The notes under the pieces are model-generated. The model saw nothing but the letters and a program-made list of their open reading frames with translations, was not told where the DNA came from and made no database searches. Below, piece by piece: positions 21,057 through 31,675 of a stretch of 64,000 nt of DNA. Within the stretch, counting starts at the first letter, position 1, and the number at the start of each line of letters is the position of its first letter. The DNA is taken from contig CBDCNP010000002.1 of the NCBI GenBank assembly GCA_965219415.1, positions 4,576,001 through 4,640,000 on the forward strand, read 5' to 3'. Both the position numbers and the translations under genes were made by a program. The stretch is from Candidatus Marinacidobacterales bacterium. GTDB taxonomy: Bacteria > Acidobacteriota > Vicinamibacteria > Marinacidobacterales > DATDRI01.

Positions 21057-22319
21057 ATGACCAGGCAAACACGTACTGTGTCAGAGCTAGCCCGATTAAC
21101 TGGACGCCCGCTCGACGATGTGCTTTTAGAGTTGGTCGATTGTGGCTTCGACGTTGAATCACCATCAGATTGCCTCAAAAATGGGCGATTGACTTCTGCA
21201 AAGGTAGCGCTGAAGCTGTCCTCTGGACCTTCACGCCTTGTAAGTGATCTGTCAAAAGAGGCCGGACTATCAGAAGGCCAAACGCGGCAAATACTCTACG
21301 AAAAAAAAGTTCTTGCTAAAAGGCGACTGAAGCGCGTACCGAGGCCATTATTAAAAGAGGCTAAAGCAGCTCTTGGAATTAGCAAGCCACAGGATCACAA
21401 AAAGGCCGAGGTTCCTATAGCGTCACAGCAACCTAAGCCGCGAAGGCCCAAACAACCTAAGCCGCGAAAGCCCAAACAACCTAAGCCGCGAAAGCCCAAA
21501 CAACCTAAGCCGCGAAAGCCCAAACGTCCGTCGAAAGAAGCCTGGCCGAAAGTTGGTAAGAAGGAAGACCTAGTACATTTGACCGCTGCCGACATCGTAG
21601 CGATACATGTTCTCTTGGTCAAAGATTTCGCCAAGTCAAAGGACCCGATTGTTCCGGCAGGAGTCAGGGATGAAAAATTACTTGAATCTGCAGTTTTTCG
21701 GCCGCATACATCACTCGGAGAAGAGGATAAGTACCCCACGGCATCCATGTCGGCCGCCGCTTTGCTGCACTCTATTGTTCAAGACCATCCGTTTTTCAAT
21801 GGAAACAAGCGCACAGCACTAGTTTCGATGCTAGTATTTCTCGATAAGAACGGTTGGGTATTCACCCTGGACGAGGATGACATCTATGACTTTGTGATCG
21901 CATTAGCGTCTCATCAGCTTATAGAGAATGTGTCAGCTGAGAAACAGCCTTCTTCTGATGAGGAAGTTCTCAAAGTGTCCCGTTGGCTTCAGAACCACAT
22001 TAGGAAGCTCAGAAAAGAAGAATACACCCTAAAATTCAGGGAATTTAGGGCAATTCTGAATTCCTATGGCTGCGAACTAGAGCTTGCTAGGCGTGTCGGG
22101 AACAGAATCAATGTCCGTAGAGACGACCTTCACTCGCAGATCGCCTACAGAAACGAGGGGGCTGATGTGGACCGAAATACTATACACAAAGTTCGGAAAG
22201 AGCTAGGCCTGGATGAGAAGAGCGGATATGACTCAGATATTTTCTACAACAAAGGACCCAAGATTCCGCGTTTCATCAACAAGTACCGTAAAGTGCTCGA
22301 TCGGCTGGCTAAAGTCTAG
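21057..22319 (+). CDS. Fic/Doc-family protein with N- and C-terminal extensions
   Basis: HPFFNGNKRTAL Fic motif; GVRDEKLLESAVFRP. Confidence 0.9.
   Translation: MTRQTRTVSELARLTGRPLDDVLLELVDCGFDVESPSDCLKNGRLTSAKVALKLSSGPSRLVSDLSKEAGLSEGQTRQILYEKKVLAKRRLKRVPRPLLKEAKAALGISKPQDHKKAEVPIASQQPKPRRPKQPKPRKPKQPKPRKPKQPKPRKPKRPSKEAWPKVGKKEDLVHLTAADIVAIHVLLVKDFAKSKDPIVPAGVRDEKLLESAVFRPHTSLGEEDKYPTASMSAAALLHSIVQDHPFFNGNKRTALVSMLVFLDKNGWVFTLDEDDIYDFVIALASHQLIENVSAEKQPSSDEEVLKVSRWLQNHIRKLRKEEYTLKFREFRAILNSYGCELELARRVGNRINVRRDDLHSQIAYRNEGADVDRNTIHKVRKELGLDEKSGYDSDIFYNKGPKIPRFINKYRKVLDRLAKV
21428..21524 (+). repeat. In-frame 24-bp tandem repeat x4 (QPKPRKPK)
   Basis: caacctaagccgcgaa(g/a)gcccaaa repeated four times. 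Confidence 0.95.
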
Positions 22320-22324
22320 GGAAA

Positions 22325-22373
22325 TCGTTTCCCGCGCACGCGCGGGGATGGACCCTCGGTAGTCGGCATTGCT
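22325..22373 (+). CRISPR. Solitary type I-E-like repeat with truncated spacer
   Basis: tcgtttcccgcgcacgcgcggggatggacc resembles the I-E consensus; followed ~19 bp later by terminus cgtatggtgcaaaaac. Confidence 0.6.
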
Positions 22374-22714
22374 CGTATGGTGCAAAAACTCAGCCGGTCA
22401 TCTTCCGCAGCGGTAAGTGATTTCGGCTAAGATGCTTGCGATGAGCACATTTGTCTCGCCACAAATCTTCCTGGTCTCGCTCCTGGCCGGTTGGCTGAAC
22501 CAGGAGCAGCAGAAGCTCCTCGAGTATCTTGCAGGAGGAGAACCGTCACCGTTTCGTCGGCGGAAGGACGACGTGGGGGCAGTTTCTTCGGAGTCACTGG
22601 GACACCCTTGCCGCTGCCGATTTCTTCACCACCGAAATCTGGACTCCCGCAGGTCTGGTTACGTTCTACGTCTTGTTCGCGATTCAGCTGAAGACCCGCC
22701 GGGTCCATATCTCG

Positions 22715-23122
22715 ATACCCGGACGCCAAGGCATCGCCCTTGCGGCTGTCCAGTACCGCCTGTCGTAACTCGTTGTACGTCCAGGTTGAGACGTGCGAGG
22801 CGTAGTCAATGAGCTGCGCGACGACGGTTCGGCGCGCCTCGGGATTCCGCCAGAGTTTCGTTTCGACGAGCGTCAAGTAGCCCTCGTCGTTCATGAAGAC
22901 CAGATCGATGAACCCACTCCCGACCCGCAACTCACGCGCCAGCGGGTGCAGCCGATCAAAGATCGGCTCGATGTCTCCGACAGGGATCAGCGTCGGGTGT
23001 GCGAACAGCAAAGCTTGCAGGTCGGCCTCCTTAAACGTTCGCTCGTCGAGTGGAACGTGACGAAGCACCGTTGCCGTGCCGTTGCGGATGAGAACTGGTG
23101 TCACGAACTGTCTGGCTTTCAT
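22715..23122 (-). pseudogene. PD-(D/E)xK (NucS-like) nuclease 5' fragment
   Basis: EADLQALL...RELRVGSGFIDLVF...LVETKLWRNPEARRTVVAQLIDYA. Confidence 0.75.
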
Positions 23123-23368
23123 CGGGGACCGCCCTTCTCATTGAAGCCAGCCAGCCAACGGGACTGCGATTGACCTTGTCCCCGCTCGGCGCAGAGTTGC
23201 TGCAAGGACACTTGCAACGTCTTGGACACGTCAACCATACAGATTCTCCTCTCGGCTCGGTGAACACGCGGCACGTGGTGCTTGCGCTGTTTACTGTTGG
23301 TGATGTGCACGCATCCGCGGATTCCAAGGGCGTCTAAGCTGCTGATTTGTGGTCTATTTCAAAAGGGC

Positions 23369-24626
23369 TGAAGTGACCCCGCTTTCGTGGACAGGTTAAG
23401 AGTTAGGGATCAAGCGTCGCGATAGTACCTCCTTTCGAATTGGATAGGCGAGCAATAGTCGATGGCGGAGTGTCGTCGTCGCGGGTTGTACCAGCCTTCG
23501 ATGAAATCGAAGGTCGCCATGCGCGCCTCAGCGTGGTAGCGAAACGACCGGCGCTCGATCAGCTCGCACTCGAGCGTCGCGAAGAAGCTCTCGCACATCG
23601 CATTGTCGTAACAGTCCCCGACCGAACCCATCGACGGTCGCACCCCGGCCTCCCGGCATCGCTGGCCGAACGCTAGTGACGTGTACTGCGTGCCCTGGTC
23701 CGAGTGATGGATGACGTCGCCGGGCTTGCGTTGGAACAGCGCCATGTCGAGGGCGCTCAAGACGAGCGACGTCCGCAGGTGGGTAGCCATTGCCCATCCG
23801 ACGATGCGTCGGCTGAAGGCGTCCAGCACGACGGCGAGGAACAAGAAGCCCGACCACGTGGGCACGTAGGTGATATCGGCGACCCACAGGCGGTCGGGCC
23901 GGTCCACCTCGAAATTCCTGTCGACGAGGTCGGGGGCGGGACGGGCGTCGTCACAGCGAATCGTAGTGTGCGCCCTCTTGCGCCGGTGAACACCTTGAAT
24001 GCCAGCCTCGCGCATCAGCCGCGCTACACGCTTGCGTGAGACGTGGAGCTCGTGTGTCTCTCGTAGCTCGTGGAGAATCCTCGGCGCGCCGTACGTGCTC
24101 CGCGACGCGGTGTGAATCGCCCGGATCTTCTCAAGCAACTCCGCATCCGACACCGCGCGGGCCGACGGGGCACGCTCAAGCCACGCATAGTAGCCGCTGG
24201 CGGAGACGTCCAGCAGTCGGCACATCGTGGCAACCGGTAGTGAATCCTGGTTCGCCCTCACGAATCGGAAGGCTTCGGTGGTACCGACTCGGTCTCCCGA
24301 GCGAACCAGGCCGCGGCTTTTGAGAGGATCTCCCGCTCCAACCGTAGTTGACGGTTCTCCCGTCGCAGGCGGCGGAGCTCCGCACGCTCCTCACTCGTCA
24401 GACCGTCCTGCCTGCGACCCTCGTCGAGATCCGCCTGGTTCACCCAGTTCCGGATCGTCTGGCCCGAGGGCTCAAACTCTCGCGCCAGCTCTTCGGAGCC
24501 GCGGCCAGCTCGCACCAGCTCTACCATTTGGCGCCGGAATTCGGCCGCGTATCTGTTTCCCTGCTTTGACATCGTGGACTCCTGTCTCCCAAAGGATTAG
24601 GTGTCCACGAAAGCGGGTCAAGTCCA
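23369..24626 (-). mobile_element. Complete IS3-family element (orfA 24258-24572, orfB 23410-24261)
   Basis: WVADITY, HHSDQG, DNAMCESFF; IRs TGAAGTGACCCCGCTTTCGTGGACA / TGGACTTGACCCGCTTTCGTGGACA; 4-bp TSD GGGC inside a CGT-type terminal repeat. Confidence 0.95.
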
Positions 24627-25066
24627 GGGCCGAGTTTTGGCACAGGACGGGAGCGCACCTTGCGCTCGGACTTGAGGTAACTATTCGCTGGCTGGGAACG
24701 GCAGTAGATTCTCCTTGCCTTGATGATTCCCGTCGTGTCCAAAAACACAAACGAACTCAAGACTCACGCGCCGGGCCGTTTCGTATTAGACGTGTCTACG
24801 CTTGGTTCGCCAATGGAAGCTAGAATCCTCAGTGATGAGCACGCCGAGCCAGCCCTTGACATTGTTGGTCCTCGCCATGGCTACATCCGTAGGAATCTGG
24901 ACCGTGTTTCAGTTCCAGTGTGGCCGTCTGCTCTTTTAGGGCAGCGATACCGTTCTGGTTTGTCAACTTCGTGTAAGGCCATTAGAATAGCGCCGTTTGA
25001 GTATCGCTCGAAGCTCAACCACCTAATACGTCGAGTTAGCTGCAAACGAAAAAGGAGACTTGAGGA

Positions 25067-25384
25067 ATGGCGAAAAAACCCATGACCCAAACCCAAATCG
25101 TGGCTCAGATGTCGGAAACAATGCAGGTTCCGAAGAAGCAGGCCGCTGCATGGTTCAAGTCGATTGCCGATCTCGCGGTAAAGGAAACGAAGCGAACGGG
25201 CCAGTTCGTCATTCCCGGAATCGGAAAACTCGTGAAGTCGAAACGAAAGGCTCGCAAGGGACGCAATCCCCGGACCGGCGAACAGATTCGAATCCCTAAA
25301 AAGACGGTGGTCAAGTTTCGAGTAGCGAAAGCTTACCAAGACGCCGTCGTCCCACCGAAGAAGAAGCTCACAAGCGACGCCTGA
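25067..25384 (+). CDS. hup: HU-family DNA-binding protein
   Basis: IPGIGKL...RKARKGRNPRTGEQIRIP...VKFR. Confidence 0.95.
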   Translation: MAKKPMTQTQIVAQMSETMQVPKKQAAAWFKSIADLAVKETKRTGQFVIPGIGKLVKSKRKARKGRNPRTGEQIRIPKKTVVKFRVAKAYQDAVVPPKKKLTSDA

Positions 25385-25607
25385 GAATGTTCTACTGATC
25401 CTGGCGGTCGTTTCCTGCACGAGTGTTGGGTTGTCGTGGCACTATAGTGCATCTCCTTGGAGGTAGAGCTGTTCAGACATTGCGCCACAGGTGCTTCCGC
25501 CATCAAGTGTTGGTAGCTGCCACGTAACCCGTTCGTGTGCTAGAGGTTGAGCCTGATTTCGAGAGAAGCAGTTCTTTCGGCGATGCGGGCTGGGCTGACC
25601 ACACGGT

Positions 25608-26097
25608 TGTCCATCATCATTGTTAATCCGAGACTGGACTCTAGGGCCCGGACCGCCCTCAAGCACATGCTGGAGAGCGTGGTCAGCGCGCGAGGGAAGG
25701 TGCTGAGGACGAACTTCTCGGCGACCAGCCGAGTAACGCGAGCGACCAAGCTGCCTCTCGCCACTCGTATCGATGGTGCAGTCCACCGACTCGCGGCAGT
25801 GCGACTACTTTCGCCGTAGGAGACGGTCGGTGCGTGACCGTTCTCAAGCTCGGTGTGTCCTTGTTCAGCCCCAAGTGGCAACGGTCCTCATGATAGTAGC
25901 TGATGTAAGCTCGCACGAGCCGGATGAGATGACATGCCCCGAGAACCACGACGTGCTCAAGGAGCTCGCGACGGCAGCTGCCGACCCACCGCTCCGCGGT
26001 TCCGTTTTGCCATGGGCTGCGAAACGAAGTGCGAACGGGTTTTGTGCCCGTTGCCTTGATGAACTCGATGACCGCAGCGTTAAAGATGAAGTCGCGA
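25608..26097 (-). mobile_element. 3' half and right end of the 349-aa-transposase IS
   Basis: tgtccatcatcatt end; inverted ...GGLHHRYEWREAA. Confidence 0.85.
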
Positions 26098-26923
26098 ATC
26101 GATGAGGAAGAGCGACGAGGAAAAGTACCTGAAGTTCTGGAGCCAGTTCGGCAAGGCCTTGAAAGAAGGGGTTACGGAGGATCTCGAGAATAAAGACAAG
26201 CTCGTCGAACTCCTGCTCTTTGCTTCTTCCAATGACGCCGAGAAGCTGGTGTCCCTGGCAGATTACGTGTCGCGAATGAAGGAGGGGCAGGAGGCAATTT
26301 ACTATCTGAGCGGTGAGTCCCGCGCTGCTATCGACAGTTCGCCTCACCTCGAGGCATTCCGGGCCCGAGACATCGAGGTCCTGTACCTCACCGATCCTGT
26401 CGACGAGTTCCTCGTCCAAGTCCTTGCCGACTACAAGGAGAAGAAGCTCCGGTCGGCGGCGAAGGGCGAAGTGGACCTCGGTTCAGAGGAAGAGCGTCAA
26501 GAGAAGAAGAGGGAGCTAGACTCTAAAGCGAAGAATTTTGCGGCTATGATGGAGAGAATTCAAAAGGTGCTCGACGACCGAGTCAAGGAAGTGCGCCTCT
26601 CGACCCGTCTCACGGATTCGCCGGCCTGCCTCGTGGGCGGCGAGGAGGATGTGAGCCCTCGTCTCGAGAAACTCCTGCGCCAGCAGGGCGACGTGCCTCC
26701 CCAGCGACGTATCCTCGAGCTGAATCCGTCGCACGACGTCGTGATCGCGCTCAAGGCGCGGTCCGACGTCAACGAGGACAGTGAAAGCGTTCCCGAATAC
26801 GCCGAGCTACTTTACGGCTACGCCCTACTGGCGGAGGGCGCCGATATTTCGGACCCGGCGAAGCTCGCCGCCCGCTTTGCGGAGCTGATGCGTCGCGGCC
26901 TTGGAATTGGCGGGGGCGGTTGA
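26098..26923 (+). pseudogene. htpG: Hsp90 (HtpG) C-terminal fragment
   Basis: YLKFWSQFGKALKEG...SLADYVSRMKEGQ...SPHLE...RLTDSPACLV...ILELNPSH; ATPase domain missing. Confidence 0.92.
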
Positions 26924-26937
26924 GCTCGTGAAGGCAT

Positions 26938-27093
26938 TGTCAAGTTTTCCACGGCCTGACGGCCACCCCGAATGCATGAAACGCGGTTAGTCGCTGGAGG
27001 TGGCACCGGCTCAACACGACGCCTGAGGGAGCTCGGTTTTGACGTCACTCTCACACCTCTTGACAACGTTACACCCTGAGTTTCTTATTAGTT
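26938..27093. repeat. ~150-bp repeat, probable IS end (second copy ~42560-42705)
   Basis: tgtcaagttttccacggcctgacggccacc...gagtttcttattagtt present twice. Confidence 0.75.
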
Positions 27094-27321
27094 AAGCAGA
27101 ATCGGGCTGTCATCGTACGGAAGCCTCGGGGCCGCCGTGTTCGGAGGACTGCCCGGACAGATAGGTCGCGCAATCATCGGCGGCATTGGTCCCGTCTGGT
27201 CAAAATACTCAAACGCCCAGTGGGTCAGCAGTTTGCACCTCACGGCTTGGCGGGTTGCTAAGTTTCTATCATCGGGAAGCCGCATGAGGGTGGGCTTGAT
27301 CCGGTTTCGTAGACGGTTTAG

Positions 27322-27961
27322 TTAAGCTGGCGAAGTCCTCATCCGTCGTTCAAACTCGGCCGGACTGACCTGGCCGAGGGTCGAGTGTCGTCGTCTCTGG
27401 TTGTAGAATACCTCGATGAAGTCGAAGAGGGCCATCTTGGCCTCGCCGCAACTTAGGAAATGCTCCCCAAGCTCGTGCTTGACCGTGGAGAACCAGCTCT
27501 CGATGACGGCGTTGTCATAGCAGTTGCCCCGTCGGCTCATGCTCCCGGTCATGCCATGCGTCTCAAGGAGACGTTGGTAGTCTTTGCTGGCATACGGACT
27601 GCCCTGATCGGAGTGATGCAAGAGCCCCGCGGCCGGTTGGCGACGTTTCAGTGCCATCCCGCAACGCCTTGATAACCAGGTGACGGTCGTTAATAGCACT
27701 TACGGCCCACCCAACGAGGAATCGCGAGTAGAGGTCGAGGAGCGCCGCGAGATAAAGCTTCCCGCCGCTGCCGATCACGAACTCGGTCGTGTCCCCGACC
27801 CACCGTTGGTTCGGCGCATCGGCGACGAAGTCTTGCCCGAGCACATTGGCCGCGACGGGCTGGCCATGACCGCTTACCGTCGCGCGCTTGAAGCGTTTTG
27901 CGTACTCGAGCAATGAGGCCTTCTGCCTGTTTCAACCGAATCACCCGCTTCCGACTCACTC
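27322..27961 (-). pseudogene. IS3-family orfB fragment, frameshifted
   Basis: WVGDTTEF...LDLYSR; HHSDQGS...DNAVIESWF; cut by the IS1-family end at 27962. Confidence 0.85.
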
Positions 27962-27981
27962 GGTGCTTCCGCCATCAAGTG

Positions 27982-29406
27982 ATGGAATGGACTCCTCCAC
28001 TGACATAGACGGCATCGATGTGCCAAAGTCAGTCGAATACGCATCGAAAAGGAGGAGTCCGAATGAAAGATACAACGATCGCTGTGGATCTTGCAAAGAA
28101 CGTCTTCGAGATTGCCATCTCGGGAGAAGCGGGGAAGGTGTCCAAGCGACTCCGTGTGAGTCGACCCAAATTGGTGTCGTTCTTTGCCAAACAGAGCGCT
28201 GCCACCGTGCTTCTCGAAGCCTGCGGCTCGGCTCACTTCTGGGCAAGGACGTTCCGAAGGTTGGGACACGACGTCGTCCTGCTCCCACCTCACCTCGTGA
28301 GGCCGTATCGACGCGGGAGCAAGAACGACCGCGCCGACACGAAGGCGTTGCTCGAGGCCTACAGGAACGAGGAGCTTCTTCCCGTACCCATCAAGTCCGT
28401 GCACCAGCACACCCTCGCCGCGCTCCATCGCCTGCGCTCAGGATGGCTCTCCACACGGACCGCACGCATCAATGCCGTACGCGGGCTCCTGCGCGAACTC
28501 GGATTCATCATCCCAAAGGGCGCTCACTTCGTCGTGCCCGCCCTCTTCGAACTCGTCGAAGACGCTGATTCTGATTTGCCCGACGTGCTCCGTTCGCATC
28601 TCCGTGATGCCTGCTCCGAGATTCGAGAACTCAAGGACAAGTGCGCTAGCATCGAGCACGAGCTCAAGGCGCTCACCAAGCAGCTTCCTGAAGTCCAACG
28701 ACTTCTCGCCATTCCCGGCATCGGACTTCTGACCGCGACCGCCATCGTGGGCTTCGTCGGCGATCTTCGCCGCTTCCCATCGGGGCGCCGCTTCTCGAGC
28801 TACCTCGGCCTAGTTCCCAAGGAAAACTCCAGTGGCGACATTCGCCGCCTCGGACGCATCACCAAGCGTGGCGACTCCTACCTCCGTATGCTCCTCACCC
28901 AGGGCGGGCGCGCCGTGCTCCGCGCGGCGAACGTCAGCAAGAGCCCGCCCGACAAGCTCCGCGCCTGGGCTCGGAAGGTCCACCGCTCGCGGGGACACAA
29001 CAAGGCCGTGATTGCTGTCGCCAACAAACTCGCCCGGATCGTCTGGGCCGTCTCCACCCGCGAGAGTGAATTCCAGTCGCCGGTGGCCGCTTAGACTTAG
29101 AGGCTCCACTTTCGTGTTTTCCTTTTTCCCTTCCAAAAGAGGCTGCGACGATACCCATCCAACTGATGGCGTACCGGTCGGACCGGCGCGGGGTCAAGCC
29201 AATAGCAACACTGGCCCTAAGAGGCCGTTCAAAGTGATTGGCTCCTCGCGCGCGGATTTTCCATCATGGCCCGGAGCACCCAAGACGCTCCTCACTGAGG
29301 CCGAAGATACGTTTGCAGTCTGACCCACCCGTCACGACGCGATGGATGCGCAGCTTCGATGGAAGATTTATTAAGAAAGGGGCTTGACTAGAGGAGTCCA
29401 GATATG
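27982..29406 (+). mobile_element. IS110-family (IS1111-type) element
   Basis: Transposase 28063-29094 (AVDLAK, LEACG, KNDRAD, IPGIG, LGLVPKENSSG); subterminal IRs TGGACTCCTC / GAGGAGTCCA; no TSD; boundaries from comparison with the empty site near 34425. Confidence 0.95.
29160..29325 (+). ncRNA. Predicted bridge/seek RNA of the IS1111-type element
   Basis: Non-coding region downstream of the transposase; stem gccaat/attggc enclosing segments matching the target; second loop matching the element ends. Confidence 0.8.
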
Positions 29407-30586
29407 TTGCTACGCGGCTGCGGGCAGTGGTACAGGTGCGGAAGAGACCGGGTTGCGCGCCCTACTGAGCACGAAAACCTCGATCCGCGACCACAAAGGA
29501 ATCGTCGTCGCCAAGAAGATGTCTCGAAAGGTGAGCCGTCGCGTGGTCAGACCAGCCTGCATAGCCGGAGTTCGGATCTCACGTCCGAACTTCAGAGTTC
29601 CGTGCGGTCGGACGAAGTTGTAATAGCAACGGAGCAACTCCAGGTGCTCATCGAGCCTCTCCGTCGAGCGAGCGTGGGAAAGCGTTCGTCTCGAAAGGTA
29701 TGCCGAGCTTTGCCGGATGGTCAGATTCAACCGCTCGATGAACGACGTGTTCAATGTCGAAGAGTCCTCGGAGTTATTCAGCGCGTCTTCGAATCGCCAC
29801 GCGGCTCCGTGCAGCGCTCTGCGTTCGACCTTGATGATGCGATCGTTCCTGCGCGTTTTTAGGACCTGGCCGTAGAGACACGCTGGACCGAAGAAGCGAC
29901 GGATGACCTTCTGGTAGAATTCGAATCCATCCGTGACGATCAAGGGAAGACGCTCGAAATTCATCCGCTTCGAAAGGTCGCGAAACAGAGCGTGAGTGTT
30001 CCGGTAGCTTCGCCTTCCCGTCACCGTCGATGGCCAGAGCCGAGACCAGACTTCGATTGTAACGAAGACCCAACTCGGTGTCTTCTTGTTGCCCGCGAAC
30101 GTGCGAATCTCGTCGGCTTGAAGCTCTTCGGCAGCGAAGCCAGCGATCCTCCTGTGATTGAATCGACGACACATTTGGGCTGCCTTCTCGAGCCAGCGGG
30201 CGACGGTGTTCCGGGCAATCCCTTTGATCCGGGAAATCGAGGAAATGCTGACACCCTCGACTCTGAGAGCGATGACCCCATCGAAAGTAGCTCTTCGATG
30301 TTGGAGACGGTAGTAGGGCGTGCCTTTCGTCGAGGAGAACGTCTTTCCGCACTCGCCGCACCGGTATCGACGGCGTTTCCCGGACCTGGTTCGGTAGAAT
30401 CCGTGGCGAACGATGTTTCCGGAACTGACTTTGCCCTGCAACGGACATGCGAGATTGAGACATCTGCGATTCTTCACTTTGGCTCGGCCCTGACGATGAG
30501 AGAACTGTGTCTTCGGAATTCTGGTCCAAACTCTAGCACGCAGACCGGTTAGGGGCTGGCCGCCAACACTTAATTGCGGAAGCACC

Positions 30587-31302
30587 CTTTCTTGCGCAAC
30601 CATAAAGACGATATCGCCGCCATGGATCTGTTCACCGTGCCCACCGCGTCGCTCCGGCTGCTGTACGGCTTCTTCGTCATCGAGCACGGCCGTCGGCACA
30701 TCGTTCACTTCAACGCCACGTTCCACCCGACGTCTGCTTGGGTTATTCAGCAACTGCGTGAGGCGTTTCCCTACGACACCGCTCCGAAATATCTCATCTT
30801 CGATCGCGACTTCATCTTTAGCGCTGCGGTCATCGAGTTCATCAAAGCAACGGGCACAAAACCCGTTCGCACTTCGTTTCGCAGCCCATGGCAAAACGGA
30901 ACCGCGGAGCGGTGGGTCGGCAGCTGCCGTCGCGAGCTCCTTGAGCACGTCGTGGTTCTCGGCGCATGTCATCTCATCCGGCTCGTGCGAGCTTACATCA
31001 GCTACTATCACGAGGACCGTTGCCACTTGGGGCTGAACAAGGACACACCGAGCTTGAGAGCGGTCACGCACCGACCGTCTCCTACGGCGAAAGTCGTCGC
31101 ACTGCCGCGAGTCGGTGGATTGCACCATCGATACGAGTGGCGAGAGGCAGCCTGAGTCAGCTTGGTCGCTCGCGTTACTCGGCTGGTCGCCGAGAAGTTC
31201 GTCCTCAACACTTTCCCTCGCGCGCTGACCACGCTCTCCAGCATGTGCTCAAGGGCGGTCCGGGCCTAGAGTCCAGTCCCGGACAAATAATGATGATGGA
31301 CA
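30587..31302 (+). mobile_element. 3' part and right end of the 349-aa-transposase IS
   Basis: FLRNHKDD...WREAA and gatgatggaca end; 5' part lost at the IS1 end. Confidence 0.88.
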
Positions 31303-31454
31303 ATCAACTCATGAGCGAAGACGCTGTTATCGTCGATGTCGGAGGCATCGATCTAAATGACGGGAACGTAAAAACCGCGTACGTTCGGATCCGGCTCCGA
31401 ATCATAGGAAATTTACCGTGGCCGCGTGAGCAAAAAACACTGAGTTTATGTTCG

Positions 31455-31659
31455 CCATCCATCCGGTGACCGCCTGCATGACGGTGTAGGCCACCAGAAA
31501 GCTGGAGAGGTTCCGCGCGTAGCCGAAGTTGGAGATACCTAGCTCGTCCCGCAACGTCGGCGCGACGACCGCAAGGGTCTGCCGATCGACGTAGCTGACG
31601 GCGGTGGCCAGGAAAAGAAGGGCTACGATCCACCAGCGCATGTTGGGGATTCTTCGCAC
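31455..31659 (-). pseudogene. MFS transporter 5' fragment
   Basis: RWWIVALLFLATAVSYVDRQTLAVVAP; only about two helices remain. Confidence 0.85.
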
Positions 31660-31675
31660 CAGGGCCGCGAGTCGG

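Larger units (their letters stand above)
27962..30586 (-). mobile_element. IS1-family element, copy 1 (transposase 29410-30477), interrupted near its end by IS110
   Basis: Ends ggtgcttccgc / gcggaagcacc; Zn-finger CxxC, ADE, TDG, NTSFIERLN, TPAMQAG. Confidence 0.88.

Noticed and set aside
29410-31128. 572-aa ORF suggesting an extended IS1 transposase
   Set aside because: The N-terminal extension is antisense read-through of the adjacent IS fragment; the true ORF matches the 355-aa copy.
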